Shown: positions 37,471-50,459 of the stretch, piece after piece
How positions within the stretch are numbered: the first letter of the stretch is position 1
How the letters are laid out: each line of letters opens with the position of its first letter
DNA from: Blasia pusilla
Taxonomy: Eukaryota
Direction of reading: 5' to 3'
NCBI GenBank assembly: GCA_050084515.1
Contig: CM114271.1
Span: 9,300,001 to 9,364,000 of the forward strand
DNA length: 64,000 bases
Notes under the pieces: generated by a model
Told to the model about the DNA's origin: nothing
Databases searched by the model: none
The model's input: the letters and a program-made list of their open reading frames with translations, nothing else
Position numbers and translations under genes: made by a program

Positions 37471-40400
37471 GCTAGCACGTATCATGGCTAAGCTTGGATC
37501 AACAAAGACCATCCACATTTGGAAGATGACATGGCGCACAATTACGCACATGGTCCTTCCAAACAACTCCATCACGACCCTCCAACATGAGAACTCCGAA
37601 GCTAACACCTCACGCACTCGTAAAATAGTGCGGCTGCCGTCACATCCAACGTTGTCGGGCAACTGCTGCAAATAGACATAGTCCCCACATGGAACCTACT
37701 TAATCGATGGTCGATAACCTCCACTGAATGGTTGCATACCGCAACGTATCCCCTGTGTTGAGCAATGGCAAGATTCTCAAAGGCCGTTGGCATAACTCTC
37801 GAAAGAGCTCCGCTTGCCGAGAACACACCCTCATCCACATCTCGGGTCATCAAGGTTCACCACCTCACTAGACTCCCGATTTAATTGCCGGCAAGTCCGG
37901 ATCTCGGCCGTATAACATAAAATAAGGTGAGAAGGAAGCCAAGGATGCTTGGCGATCGAACCTATACCCCATGGCTAACCATGGCAATCGAATATCCCAG
38001 TCTCCAAGATGCCCTTCAGAGGCCATACTTGCGCAATGCCCTCTTCACCGTCTGAACCACACGCTCAGCCAAACCATCCGCCTCTGGATGATCTCGAGAC
38101 GTGGTCCGATGATCAATCAACGCCTTGTCACACAAGACCTGAAACTCACCCTCAAACTCTGTACCCTGGTCGGTCAGCACTTCAGCTGGTGCACCAAAAT
38201 GACTAAGCACTCTATCCACAAACGCATACGCCGTTCCCTCACTCGCCTTGTCCGGTAATGCCACCAACTCAATCCACTTGGAGAAGTGCTCCACCATCAC
38301 CAACACATATCGATGATGTCGTACAATCAACGGTAACGGTCCCGCAAAGTCCACACTCCAACGGTAACCCAACCCCATAATAGGAAAGGGGTGTAATTGT
38401 GGTGTAGGGGCATTAAATGATGCCCTCACCCGATCACAAACCATACAACGTGACACCAACTGCTGCACCTGAGTATGCATGCCACGCCACCAATACTGGC
38501 CAAGGAGTAAGCTATACGCACGCTTTACCCCAAAATGTCCCAACTCCTCATGGGCATGTCGCACAATGCGCTCTCTCTGAGCCAAATGTGGCACTACTCA
38601 GTACTCTACCATCCTCCCACACGCGGAGAATATGTGTTCCCTCCAATCGATACCTCTTAGCACGTTGAAGAACACGGTCTCGCTCCTTGGCACTCACTAT
38701 GCCTGGCACCCTACCGGTCAGAGGAACTTCAACACCAACGCATCATCATGAATATCATGCTGATCCGTACCACCATCTCCAACCTTAGGATCTCAAGGTG
38801 GCCATCTACCCTCGACTAGAGTAAGATATCATGTGGTCCTCCATACTAGAGTCCACCTAACCAACATAAAAGGCGGATGCATGCCAACCTGGCACCATCT
38901 CCTCATCAACCTCGCCATGCCATCTAGCCTGTTGTATCCTCTTGGCTAGTACATGGGTTCCTACTCAACCCATCAAAGATCAAGGTTGGCAACTCCAGGT
39001 CTATGTACCACCCGGAAGTCATACTCTGTAAGATAAGAGCCCACCGTGCAAGCTTCCCCTGTAAGCTTGTCCGACTCCATCAACCACTTGAGCGGTTGGT
39101 GATCAGAATAAGGGTAAACGGGTGCCAAACAAGTAACACCTAAAGTGTGCCACCCACACCTCTTGCCAAGCACTCTCCCTCATATGAACTATAGCGCAAC
39201 TCCGCTGCATTATTCGAACGACTTGCATAGGCCACCACAAACTCCATGTGCTCATCATCATGTTGTGTCAACACCGCTCCAAGTCCCAACCTACTCCAAT
39301 CGTGTGTGTAATCGAAATGGGCGCCCTCGATAGGTCTCCTCAAGATAGGCGCCGCCACCAACTGGGCCTTAAGCTCCACAAAAGCTCTCTCCTAATCATC
39401 TCCCCAGTGCCACTCTTGATCTGATTTCAGCAATTGGTTCAAAGGCTTTGCCATAGCACTAAATCCCTTCACATATCTCCGATAGTAGTTCGCCAATCCC
39501 ATGAATGCTCGAACTCTACTCACATCTACCGGACGCGGAATAAGTGCAATAGCCTCCACCTTTGCTTGCTGAACTCCCAAACCACCTGGATAGATCACAT
39601 GACCCAAGTACTCAACATCCTCATGGAAGAACTTACACTTCCTGGATACTAATGTAGACCATGAGCTTTCAACCGCTCAAACACCATCTGCAAATGTATC
39701 TGATGCTCCTCCACCGTGTTACTGAACACCAAGATATCATCAATGTAACACCGAACAAAATCCAACCCTGCTAGGATCCTGTCCATCACTCTTTTAAAGT
39801 CGGCAGGTGCATTCTTCAACCCAAAGGGTAAGAATTTCCACTGGTACAAACAATCCTTGCCATGAGAGTTGACACCCTAAAATGTTGTCTTGGCCTTGTC
39901 ACTCTCCCGAATCGGCAATTGATGGTATCCTACCCGAAGATCCAAAGTACTGAAAATCTTTGCTTGTCCCACCACATCAAAGATCTCCTCAGGTGTAGGC
40001 ATGGCATACCTATTGGCGTTGGTTTGCCGATTGATAGGACGGTAATCTCCACACATCCGCCTATCCGTGTAGTTGCCATGCATATCCTTTTTAGCAGGCA
40101 TGACAGTGGCTGATGCATACTCTCCATGCGACAACTCCACTAATCCAGCCTCCAAAAGGTCCAACGTCCTACTCTGAATCAAGTCCCTCTCCATATCACT
40201 ATATTGATAGGGACGACGGAAGATTGGCGTATCACTAGCCAAATCAATCCGTATACCGGGTCCGACCAGAGAACCCAACTCCTTCATGCTAAAGGCAAAA
40301 AAACTCCTATAAGCACGTAGGAACTGTGTCAAGCGTCGTTTCTCACCTCCCGTAAGCTTGGGCCCAAGTAATGGCTCCCAAGTCTCCTCCACTGGCATAC

Positions 40401-40669
40401 TAGAGGGAGAGGACGATGCCATTGGCTGCCACGCAACCCCCTCACAAGATGGTACACCCTTAGCTACACCATCATCTGAGCAAATAACTCCTCCACCAGC
40501 ATGAGCAACCAACTCCACATGCCCAGCCATTACATCCCATTTACTCCAAGGATGCAAAATACTACTCTCCTCGCCCTCAGCCGATGCCTCTACCGTCCCG
40601 GTAGCCATCGAGCTCATTACAAGGGGTGGAAGACCCACAGACATAGTCCGAAGTCGACGCTGCTCGGCC

Positions 40670-41640
40670 ATACCAAGACTCAAAATCCAAGTCAAACAAT
40701 TCACTCCATGGCTGACCCAACACATGACGTCGTGAAGCCTCGAAATAGAAGCAACGCATTTGTCACACCAAGAGCAAATCCCATCGCACGCTCTCTCTCA
40801 TCAGCGTTAGGCTCCACCAATTTTCGCACATGAGAATCCCATACAAGCCCCGGACCACCTTCCCTGCAGGCATGTGACGAGGGAAAACTCACAAATGTGG
40901 GTAGTGCCATCCTAGGCTGGCCCACACGGTTCACCACTGCCATGGGTGACCAATCAATAACCCTCACCACTTGAGAAAGTCGCCAAAGATATCCAAGATA
41001 CTATCCCTTTGTAAAGGCGAGGATCCCGCCTGACTTTGCGCATCATATGCTCGACGTAGAACCTCCCTAGGCAACAAGTTTGTCCACCACAAGCGTGGAC
41101 GATGTGCACGCGAGCCAACTCACGCTGCATCCAACAACACCGCTGGTCCAATCCAAGAGCGCACCTCATGAACACTCGCCATCATCCGGGTCCGAGTGTC
41201 ACCCAACAATGGAACATTCTCCAGAATGTAAGCTAGAGCACGTGCCTGATGAACCTGAAGATGTCGTAACATCCGTAACATCTCCCAAAACAATCGAGAC
41301 CTAGGGTCATGTAATCCCTCACCCCGACCAAAGACGTGTATGACCACGACATGGCCATCCAAAGAATCACCAAATCCACAGGACCAATTCTCTCAAGGTC
41401 CTGCGCCTTCAACAATGCAATGTGTGATGGTAAAGCACGCTGGTACCCACGAATAGCCGATGGCGGCAACAACTCAGGGTATCTCGCATCAATCGACCAA
41501 TATGTCGAGATGAGACTCGGGCCGTCTCATCTCGCTCCACATACACGTATCTCCCTTGCACAGAATACCGGCCTGCAACATGAAGCCAAACCAGTGCTAA
41601 TCCCACCAAAGAGATCTAACACACAAATACCCTCCGCGGA
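40670..41640 (-). pseudogene. Cytosine-5 DNA methyltransferase domain (DNMT3/DRM-like) inside pol
   Basis: Motifs in order: I VLDLFGGISTG; IV GPVDLVI.GWPCRG; GLHDPRSRLFWE; VI YILENVP; VIII VGSRAHRPRLWWTNL; IX EPNADERERAMGF; X RRHVLGQ. Confidence 0.9.
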
Positions 41641-44600
41641 TCTTGCCATACAATAGGTGTAGTATCCAAAGGGGATAACCTAAGCTGGGCGAAGTAGGAG
41701 TCGTGTGGGGCCTCCTCTTCCTCGTGAGGTATAATGACCTCACACCAAGCCTCTGCACTAGGCGATCGACCTCTGCCGTAGTGCACCGCTTTGAACTCCA
41801 AAGTGGCACATCCAACGATGAGGATGCCTTTGCTGCAAAAATAGGGACCTCCTCTTCCTCCTCATGCGCAGGAGAATCCAGCGTAAAACATTACCCTCCA
41901 AAAGTCTCTGGCCAAGTGACTACTCCACTAAAACCACCACGCAGATGATGCTAACATCTTTGTGGGGAAGACCCTCTGGTCGAGCCCAGAAATAAATTTC
42001 ATAGGAACTTGGCTCATACGTCCATCCTCGGATCGCCAACCTGGTCTATAAGATTTGTCTCGATCCAAGTAATCCATCGAAAACCCATCGGTACAATCGC
42101 TCCTCCAACTAGTACATCATACGACTGGCCGATGTGACTACCATGAATACTCCCAACGGGAGCTATCGATCGCATGATCTGGTCTCAATCAGCACAAAAA
42201 CTTCTCCGTGTCATGAATTGAGACCTATCATTGGCTCCTCCAAGTGATGTTTGAACTGGAATGGGCAAGGCTCAAGCTCGACCTCCGAATACCCAAACCA
42301 ATACATGCCGCCTTTCCCAACATCAAAGGTTGGGCACCGAGTCTAACAAGACTCTATCCGGTCTATACACTGCCTGTAGGACTCACCAATCGGAAGATCC
42401 CTCCGGTTGTCCAACATACATACACCGGTGTAAGCCTCTCACGATCAATGGCTAGCCGGGCCGGTAATGCATCCATCTTCGCCGCCGCCGCCAAGTAGCA
42501 CCGGGTACTCAATGCTACTCGACATAGAGGGTCGCTCCACCGCAACACCCTCATCCACCTCAACACGTGTAACGAAGAATACCCCACGTTCACACAACGT
42601 GTTCGCTAATCAAATACAGGAGCTAAGTCAACTCCTAAAGCCATCGCCTCGTGGCGAAAACAATGGGGATCCCAACACCGGTTGCCATCCGCGCAATCTT
42701 TTGCATTGATCTTTGCATCCGTGTCTACTACACGCAATGTAGATGCCTCGGTCCCCCTTTGTCGGCTCAATAGGTCGCGAGGAACCATGGATGGAGTCCT
42801 AAGCACCTCAGACAACACGAATGATTGGGGAAGCCTAGCTCGCCTCCCAGCCTCACCCCTCTGTGGGTCCAACTCACAAGAGCACCACGTGGCTCGACGC
42901 CGAGTGGCTCTCTCTCGAATCGCACTGATGCCTCAACTTTTGTCTTGCACTCGCCATATAAGAGAGATCATCCTCCATAAGAGGTGGAAGCCCCTGCTCC
43001 CGAACTCCTGATCTATCTTTGGATACCGACCATAGTAGCCAACTTCGCTCCAATCTGCTCAATCCGGCAGCCATAGGCGACTTGTCGTAGTGGTAGGGGT
43101 AGCCACCGTGAGGCTCTCCAACCACCTGGTCCACCTCTACCACCCCTACCACCTCTACCACCTCGGTCTCTCGGAGCTACTCCACCACGGCCACGGCCTG
43201 ATCTCAACTCTGGATGGAGATCAAAGCAACGCCTCGACGATGACCTAGTCTCCCGCAATGATCACACTGAGTTGGGGCCGACGAGGCCCATCCTCCAAAG
43301 TCCGTCTCCCATCCTCTTGGGGACAAAACTTCCTAACATGATCACCTCCACATGTCCAACATGATCGCCCTGCTGGGGCAGCAAATGAAGGCAATGGTCT
43401 CTGCACAAATGTCCTCTAGGACTTGACTGAGGTCGCGTGTACCCCACGACTCCCACTACTACTACCACCACCACTACTACGAGGCGTGAGGTGGGCGGTG
43501 AACCAGAAGTAGTAGTTGTATCCCCTCATTGAATGCGGATGTCACCACTCTCTCCTTCACCATGTTAAGCTCAATCTTCTCAGATAAAGCAAACACATGG
43601 GTCAATGTGGGTGAATCATCACTCATAAGAGTAGCATCACGTACCCTACGGCGCAAATCTCTGTCCAAGATCCCGTATTAAAATCTGGATCGCTGATCCT
43701 CAGTCACACCTTGGGTAATCTGAAATCAAGCGCCGATATGCAGTGTATGCCTCACGAAGACTCTCACCGTCTTTCGCTCAAAGTCCTAAAGATTCCTCAA
43801 CTTCTCTGTCTTCACTCCTGATAGTTCTTCTTCAACCTCTTGAAGAACTCGCAACTGGCTGAACGATGGTGGGGCACTAGTACCTCCACTAGTACCCCCA
43901 CTAGTACCTCCACTGGTACCCCACTCAAACTTGTACTGCATTACCACTCAACGTCGGGTGGCCTGGCATAGTAGGAGCACTACTACCAATACCACCATGG
44001 GTGATAGACACATAGCCTGGAGACCAATATTGTCTCCATGCCTCAATCTCAACAACATGGTCCTTCCTAAACTCATGGTAATCATCCATGGGTGGTCCTT
44101 CCAAGTCTTTGAAACAACCCCTTCCAAGCCAAGAAGGGTGTAAACAACGCGTGGCGTTCAACATCTACATATCACACCACGTATCAAACTCTTGCATGAA
44201 GTCCTCCAACTCAATGGTGCCCATCGCACCGAGTATCGTCGTGGGCCCTTCATGGCCCCATATCCACCGTCCATGTCCCAAATCAATGGAGCCGCAACAC
44301 TCGATAACAACGTAGAAGACTCGGTGTTTGGAACACCTGGTCCTCCTCTTCATCAACCGCTCGGAAGTGGAAAAGGTAGCCGATACCTAAATCCATTCCG
44401 TGTGAAACCACCCCTTTATCCGCACCACGGTCCCCAACCGGACCACTCGGCGACTCGTGATGACCAACGCCGATGCCGCACCACCACCAAATTACCCAAG
44501 TGACGTCGATGTCGCTCTACTATTGTAGCTCTACTAGCTATGGGTGTAGGCAATCTAACCTCTCATCACCACAAGAAGTCTCCCGTCTCATCTGGTCATC

Positions 44601-45958
44601 ACTCCGGCCTCACTATCGTGAGAGCACACAGAGTAACACTACTCTCGGAAATCAGCGTCAACCCTAACAATGGGCGCAAGCAAGCAAAAGCACGATGGAG
44701 GGGATCCATACAGGAAGTCCAACGACAACCCTCCAACCGCAAATGGAAATCAAGGTAACACAATCCACCAAACGTGGTGCCCCCGAATCCACAAAACCCA
44801 CCACACAATTCTAACGCAATAGCTACTCCGCCGCGGGTCGATGACGTGCTAGTCGAACTCGCATCACCTGAAAATATTACTTGCATGGAGAGGCTACACC
44901 GTACTATGCGCTAGAGGTACATCAACCAAAAACCTGAGATGCATAAAGCGCCTAACACATCTCCGAACAGCACCAAATGAGCTACAACAACAGACACCGG
45001 CATAGTTAAGAACTCAAAGATTAAGCGTCCTCCAGCGAGAATAGCCCAAAGATGGGTGACCAATTATGCAAAACTCAAATCCCAAATCCTGCAAAAATTG
45101 CCTCATGCCCAAGCAAGCAAGCTTGCTTGCTTGCTCCTTGCTCCTTACTCCGCCTCTCACGCCCACTCGCCCCGAGCTACCACGAGTTGCCTCGAAGCCT
45201 CAAAATGCTCGAGACATGCCCCGTTCGCCACGCTTCGCCATGCTTCGCTATGGAGAGAGGTCCAACCAGGCGCCCCAACGGGATAGGCGTCTCAAAAATG
45301 AACGAAGTCACCAACCAACCAGCCCCTCCGATCCGGCTGCCCACCATAGCAGACCTCGAGCTAGTCCGCAAAATTTCGATCAGAAATTACTTCACAAATA
45401 CGTGACCGAAATCAAATCTGTTTCAATCAGAATTCAATTGACCACCATATCTATCTCTCCACAAAAAATCAGCTACAACCGAGCTCTGTACTCCGAGCTA
45501 AAAATCAAACAAACTTTTGTCCATACACCTCGAATCGCAAAATCCGCGGCGCTTCCGCCAAGTTTCATGCACGCAGAAATCCGCAACGCTCCACACACTC
45601 GAGCAGATAGATTCAGAGGAGATCACAATACGAGTAGCAACAGGAACCTCTCACCCGATCTGGATGAACTTCAACACAACTTCCGCACTCCAAGCTCTCC
45701 ACATCAGAAAACTGTCGAACACGACCAGAATCTTCAATGCTTGATAACTTCCAACTCCCTTGACGAAATCCGGCGATCTATAGCGCGTTGGAAAGCTCTC
45801 AGCAAGGCTCTTCTTTCCCAACCAAAGACTCACCAGATTACCACCTCCAACATAGGCCACAAGACACAAACATCCACGGCTGAGTACACAATCAGCCCTA
45901 ATCCGATCCTACTGATCTACAATCGAAGCTACCATCGATCTACTCCAATTCTTTGAGT

Positions 45959-46325
45959 GAAATCCGTGAAAGACCTACTGTCATAAAACAAGTTTACAAT
46001 CACATACAATCGAGCCAAACCCACTCCACGATGGGAGAATCTAGGTCGAAGCTTGCGGGAAACACCATAGCCAAGAGCTCTACTCACTACCAAGGCTAAC
46101 TCCCAACGCAACAGGCTCAACTCAAAGAACTGACTGTTCTTTGAGGGCAAGCCACCTTATATCCTCCAACCTAAGAGCGGGCCCTACTAGGAAAGTCACC
46201 CCCAACTGAGTAACCCCCAACCCTATGTATGGAACCACATCTCTACCAAGCCACTATGGTCCTACATAAGGAATGGCCTCTACCAGCACACCATACTCTA
46301 CGACATAATCCGTATGGTCATGACA
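45959..46325 (-). repeat. 5' terminal repeat X of the DNMT-Gypsy
   Basis: Starts TGTCATGACCATACGG on the minus strand; matches 36681-37047; not followed by Y or by a recognisable PBS. Confidence 0.9.
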
Positions 46326-46654
46326 TGGTCCTCCAACAAAAATACCCATGGGCGCTGCTTATTGTAGACCGAGACAGGTAATGTTAAGAAACTTAGGCTC
46401 ACATGGAGAGTGATGGAAAATTTTTTGTAGTGGTCTTATGATGTCTACTTTTTTTTCGCCCCTAGGAAAAAGGAGGTTTCTTTACGGCCAAATGTGGACC
46501 ACTACCTACTCTCTTCTAAAGATTTCATGAATTTGAAAGGAAACAAAAATTTCAAATATGTCAAAAAGTTTTGAAGAGAGGAGGCGGATTTGGCCCTTTT
46601 TTTTTTAAGAGAGACTCTCCTCTCTTACTCTCTCCTGCCAGAATACCAGCCCCC

Positions 46655-48033
46655 TCCGAACAGCACCAAATGAGGTACACCAGTGTGTACACTGACATAG
46701 TTAAGAACTCAGCAGTTAAGCGTCTTCCAAGCAGAATAGCCCAAAGATGGGTGACCAGTTATGCAACACTCAACTCACAAATCTAGCAAAAATTGCCTCA
46801 CACCCAAGCAAGGAAGCTTGCTTGCTTGCTCCTTGCTCTTTGCTCCTTACTCCGCCTCTCACGCCCACTCGCCCGGCGGTACCACGAGTTACCTTGAAGC
46901 ATCGAAACTCCGAGACATGCCCCGTTCGCCACGCTTTTCCATGCTTTGCTATGAAGAGAGGCCCAACTAGGGCGCCCCCAACAACATAAGGCATCTCCAA
47001 CAACGGACGAGTCACCAACCAACCAGCCCCTCCAATCTACTGTCCACCATAGCCTGACCTTGTGCTAGTGCGCAAAATTTCGATCAGCAATAACACCACA
47101 AATCCTCAACCAAAATTGAATATGTTTTCACCATAATTCAATAGGCCACCATAGCTATCTCTCCACAAAATAATAGCTACAACCGAGTGGTGTACTCCGA
47201 GCTAAAAATAGACAAACTTGTTGTTCATAGACCTCCAAAATCGCAAATCCGACAGCGCTTCCGCCCAAATTCATGCACACAGAAATCCGCAACGCTCCAC
47301 ACACTCAAGAAAATATCTTCACGTGAGATCACAATACAGGTGGCAATAAGAACCTCTCACCCGATCTGGATGAACTTCAACAAAGATTCCGCACTCCAAG
47401 CTCTCCACATCCGAAAACCGTCGAACACGAACCAGAATCTTCAATCCTTGATAACTTCCAACTCCCTTGACGAAATCCGGAAATCTAAAGCGCGTTGGAA
47501 AGCTCTCAGCAAGGCTCTTCTTTCCCAACCAAAGACGCACCAGATTACCACCTCCAACATAGGCCACAAGACACAAACATCCACGGCTGAGTACACAATC
47601 AACCCTAACAAGATCCTACTGATCCACGATCGAAGCTACCATCGATCTACTCCAGTTCTTTGAGTGAAATCCGTGAAAGACCTACTATCATAGAATCACA
47701 TATAGAATCACATACAATCAAGCCAAACCCACTCCACGATGGGAGAATCCAGGTCGAAGCTTGCGGGAACCACCATAGCCAAGAGCTCTACTCACTACCA
47801 AGGCTAACTCTCGACGCAACAGGCTCAACTCAAAGAACTAACTATTCTTTGAGTGCACTCCACACTATATCCTCCGACCTAAGAGCGGGCCCTACTGGAA
47901 AAGTCACCCTCAACGGAGTAATCCCCAACCTTATGTATGAAACTGCATCTCTACCTAGACACTATGGCCCTACATAAGGTACGGCCTCTACTAGCACACT
48001 ATACTCTACGACATAATCCGTATGGTCATGACA
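46655..48033 (-). mobile_element. Second, more diverged 5' fragment of the DNMT-Gypsy family (X repeat plus leader)
   Basis: Colinear with ~44962-46325; ends CATGACA at 48033; cut at 46654 by the DNA-element terminus. Confidence 0.88.
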
Positions 48034-50459
48034 GAGAATGTCATTGGTTGAGATTACTTCTCCATCATGTTCAAGGAGCAATGACATATGAATATCTGAG
48101 AATTGTCAATGGAATATTATGTCCAACAGTCAAGGAGGCTGCTATCCAAATGGGACTTCTGGAGGATGATAGGGAAGTGTTCTCTTGCTTTCAAGAAGCT
48201 TTTATGATCCTTACAAGTTCGTCACTTCGCCGTATATTTGCAATCATTCTAGTGTACAACACACCTGCTCAACCTACAACCTTATGGACTCAATTCTTGG
48301 ACCCATTGGTAGAAGACCTCTTATATGAACAACGTAAGGTAAGAGTTCATTACCTTCACTCCTTACATCATTAGTTTTCTTCCTAATTGTATCATCTTTT
48401 GAGCATTCAAGAAACTAATCATGATTTGGGCTTTTCTAGACCGGTTGCATTGTAGAAAACATGAATTCCTAATCTTCCTATTGATGACCATATCATTAAT
48501 AATGCATTGTTGGAAGTTCATTATTTATTTACAAGATCAAGGAAAGAGACTATCTCACTTTCGTGACAAATGCCCAAAGTTAATTTCCAAAGCCTTCACT
48601 CACATTCATATTTGGAGGAGCAAGAACTATTATATGATACGGAAGAATTATTTGAGCAAGTAAAATTGGGAGATACATGTCTGAATGAAGGACAACGTGT
48701 TATTTAGGATGCTATACATGATGAGCTTGATCAAATATGCATAAATGCTCCACCATCTTCAAAAGTATTTTTCATCAATGGTCCTGATGAAACAGGAAAG
48801 ACATTTCTATATAATCTTCCCCTTGCAAGCGTAAGGAGTGCAAGAGGTATAGCATTGGATGTAGCATCATATGGAATAGCTGCTTTATTGTTAGACGGAG
48901 GACGTACTTCACATTCGCGTTTCAAGATCCCCATCAATCTTCATGAGAGCTCTACTTGCAAGTAAGTTTCATCAACCACTTTACATGCAATTGTATTAAT
49001 GCATAAAGCTCAATTAGTCCAATTATTACAACTTCTAATTTATTTTCCTTTGTCATTGATAGTTTATTAGTCGATAGTGATGGAGCACGCTTAACCCGTG
49101 AGGCAATGCTCACTATATGGGACAAAGTACCTATGACTCATCGTCATGCATCCAAGGCTGTGAATCGTACTTTACAAGATATTATGGGACTTCTTTCTGA
49201 TAATCTACGGCAAATACCATTTGGCGGAAAACTTATGATATTTGGTGGTGACTTTTCTCAAGTGTTGCCAGTTATTCGTCATGGGGACCAGCCACAAATC
49301 ATCCAAGCTACCATAAAGAGATCACCTATTTGGTCTAATGTAAAGGTCATGAAGTTGACAACCAACATGCGAGTTCAAAGGTTGGAAGGTCATTTGTGTG
49401 TTGAACGACAAGGTTTTGCTTATTGGTTATTGGAAGTGGGCGAGGGTCGTGTACCTTTGCATCCAAATTTGGGAGAAAAATTACCATCTGAAATTGTTAC
49501 TGATAGTAATAAGAAATCTAACCTTATTGATTTCATCTATGGCAATTCTCCTAGCCAATTTTAGGACATTGGGTTCTTAAGAGATACAGCTATTTTGACT
49601 CCAAGAAATAGAGACGTTTATGACATAAATGCATATGTTATGTCTCAGTTTCCTGGACAGGTAATCTCTTAACCTACATACATCTTCTACATGGATTTTT
49701 TTCTCTTAGGCTTTAGGGTTTAGGATTGTTTTACTGACTATCTTTACTAATACATTATTGTTTCTCACGAATTCATTACACATTGTACAAGAGCATATTT
49801 ACCTTAGCATCGACTCTATTCCAAATGAGGGGATGAGTCATATCTATCCAATGGAATTTTTTAATACATGCTTGCCTTCTGGACTACCTCCGCATCGTTT
49901 AAACATGAATAGGTCACAAGGACAAGCACACAGGATGAGATTGGTGATTCTTGGAGTTATGCAACATTGTCTAGATGGCGAAATTATTATCGGGAAGAAT
50001 ATTGGAGATCGAGTTTTTATTCCACTGATTCCATTGATTGCATCGGATTCTGGTTTGCCATTTGATTTACGTAGGTTTCAATTCCCTATTCGCCCAACTT
50101 TTGCTATGACTATTAATAAGTCTCAAGGTCAAACTTTGCAAAATTTTGGCATTTACTTGCCTACTCATGTATTTTTTCACGATCAATTGTATGAAGCATT
50201 ATCTAGAGTAGGGAAGAGAAGTTCCATCCACATTACCCTTGGAAGCGATGAACATTCAAATAAGGACGGTGCCTACACACGAAATGTAGTATATAAAACA
50301 ATACTTGAATGAAATAAAATTTGCAATTATATTACAGAAACACGAGAGTGTTGGAAATAGAAGGAGGCACGATCATGAGTGAACATGAAAATCTCTTCAC
50401 TAAACAGTAACTCTTCAAACAAATTGTTTTTCCTGTGCATCGCACGGGCACCTTACTAG
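48034..50459 (+). mobile_element. Autonomous Helitron remnant (PIF1-type helicase exons, 3' hairpin, CTAG)
   Basis: LRLLLHHVQG, decayed Walker A FFINGPDETGKTFLY, IWDKVPM, FGGDFSQVLPVI, KLTTNMR, FAMTINKSQGQT; introns present; 3' CCTGTGCATCGCACGGGCACCTTACTAG|T. Confidence 0.92.

Larger units (their letters stand above)
36574..46325 (-). mobile_element. Ty3/Gypsy-type retrotransposon with DNMT and PHD domains and split direct repeats
   Basis: TGT...ACA ends; 4-bp TSD TGGT (36570-36573 and 46326-46329). Minus-strand order: gag (~44400-43000), protease RVLLDS(G)AQP (~42340), DNMT, RT (MPTPEE, LPFGLKNAP, YIDDILVFS), RNase H, integrase (HEELGHFG, WSVDFAGP, LTDQGTEF, ADGLAER), PHD. Many frameshifts. 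Confidence 0.92.

Noticed and set aside
45066-45956. 296-aa antisense ORF in the Gypsy leader
   Set aside because: No recognisable motif, and the frame is broken in the second copy (46761-47663).
26254-46654. A single intact 20-kb TIR transposon
   Set aside because: The termini are inverted, but both are the same downstream end, there is no TSD, and the flanks belong to different elements.
49705-49726. Plant telomere repeat (TTAGGG/TTTAGGG)
   Set aside because: Only two or three imperfect units inside a Helitron intron.
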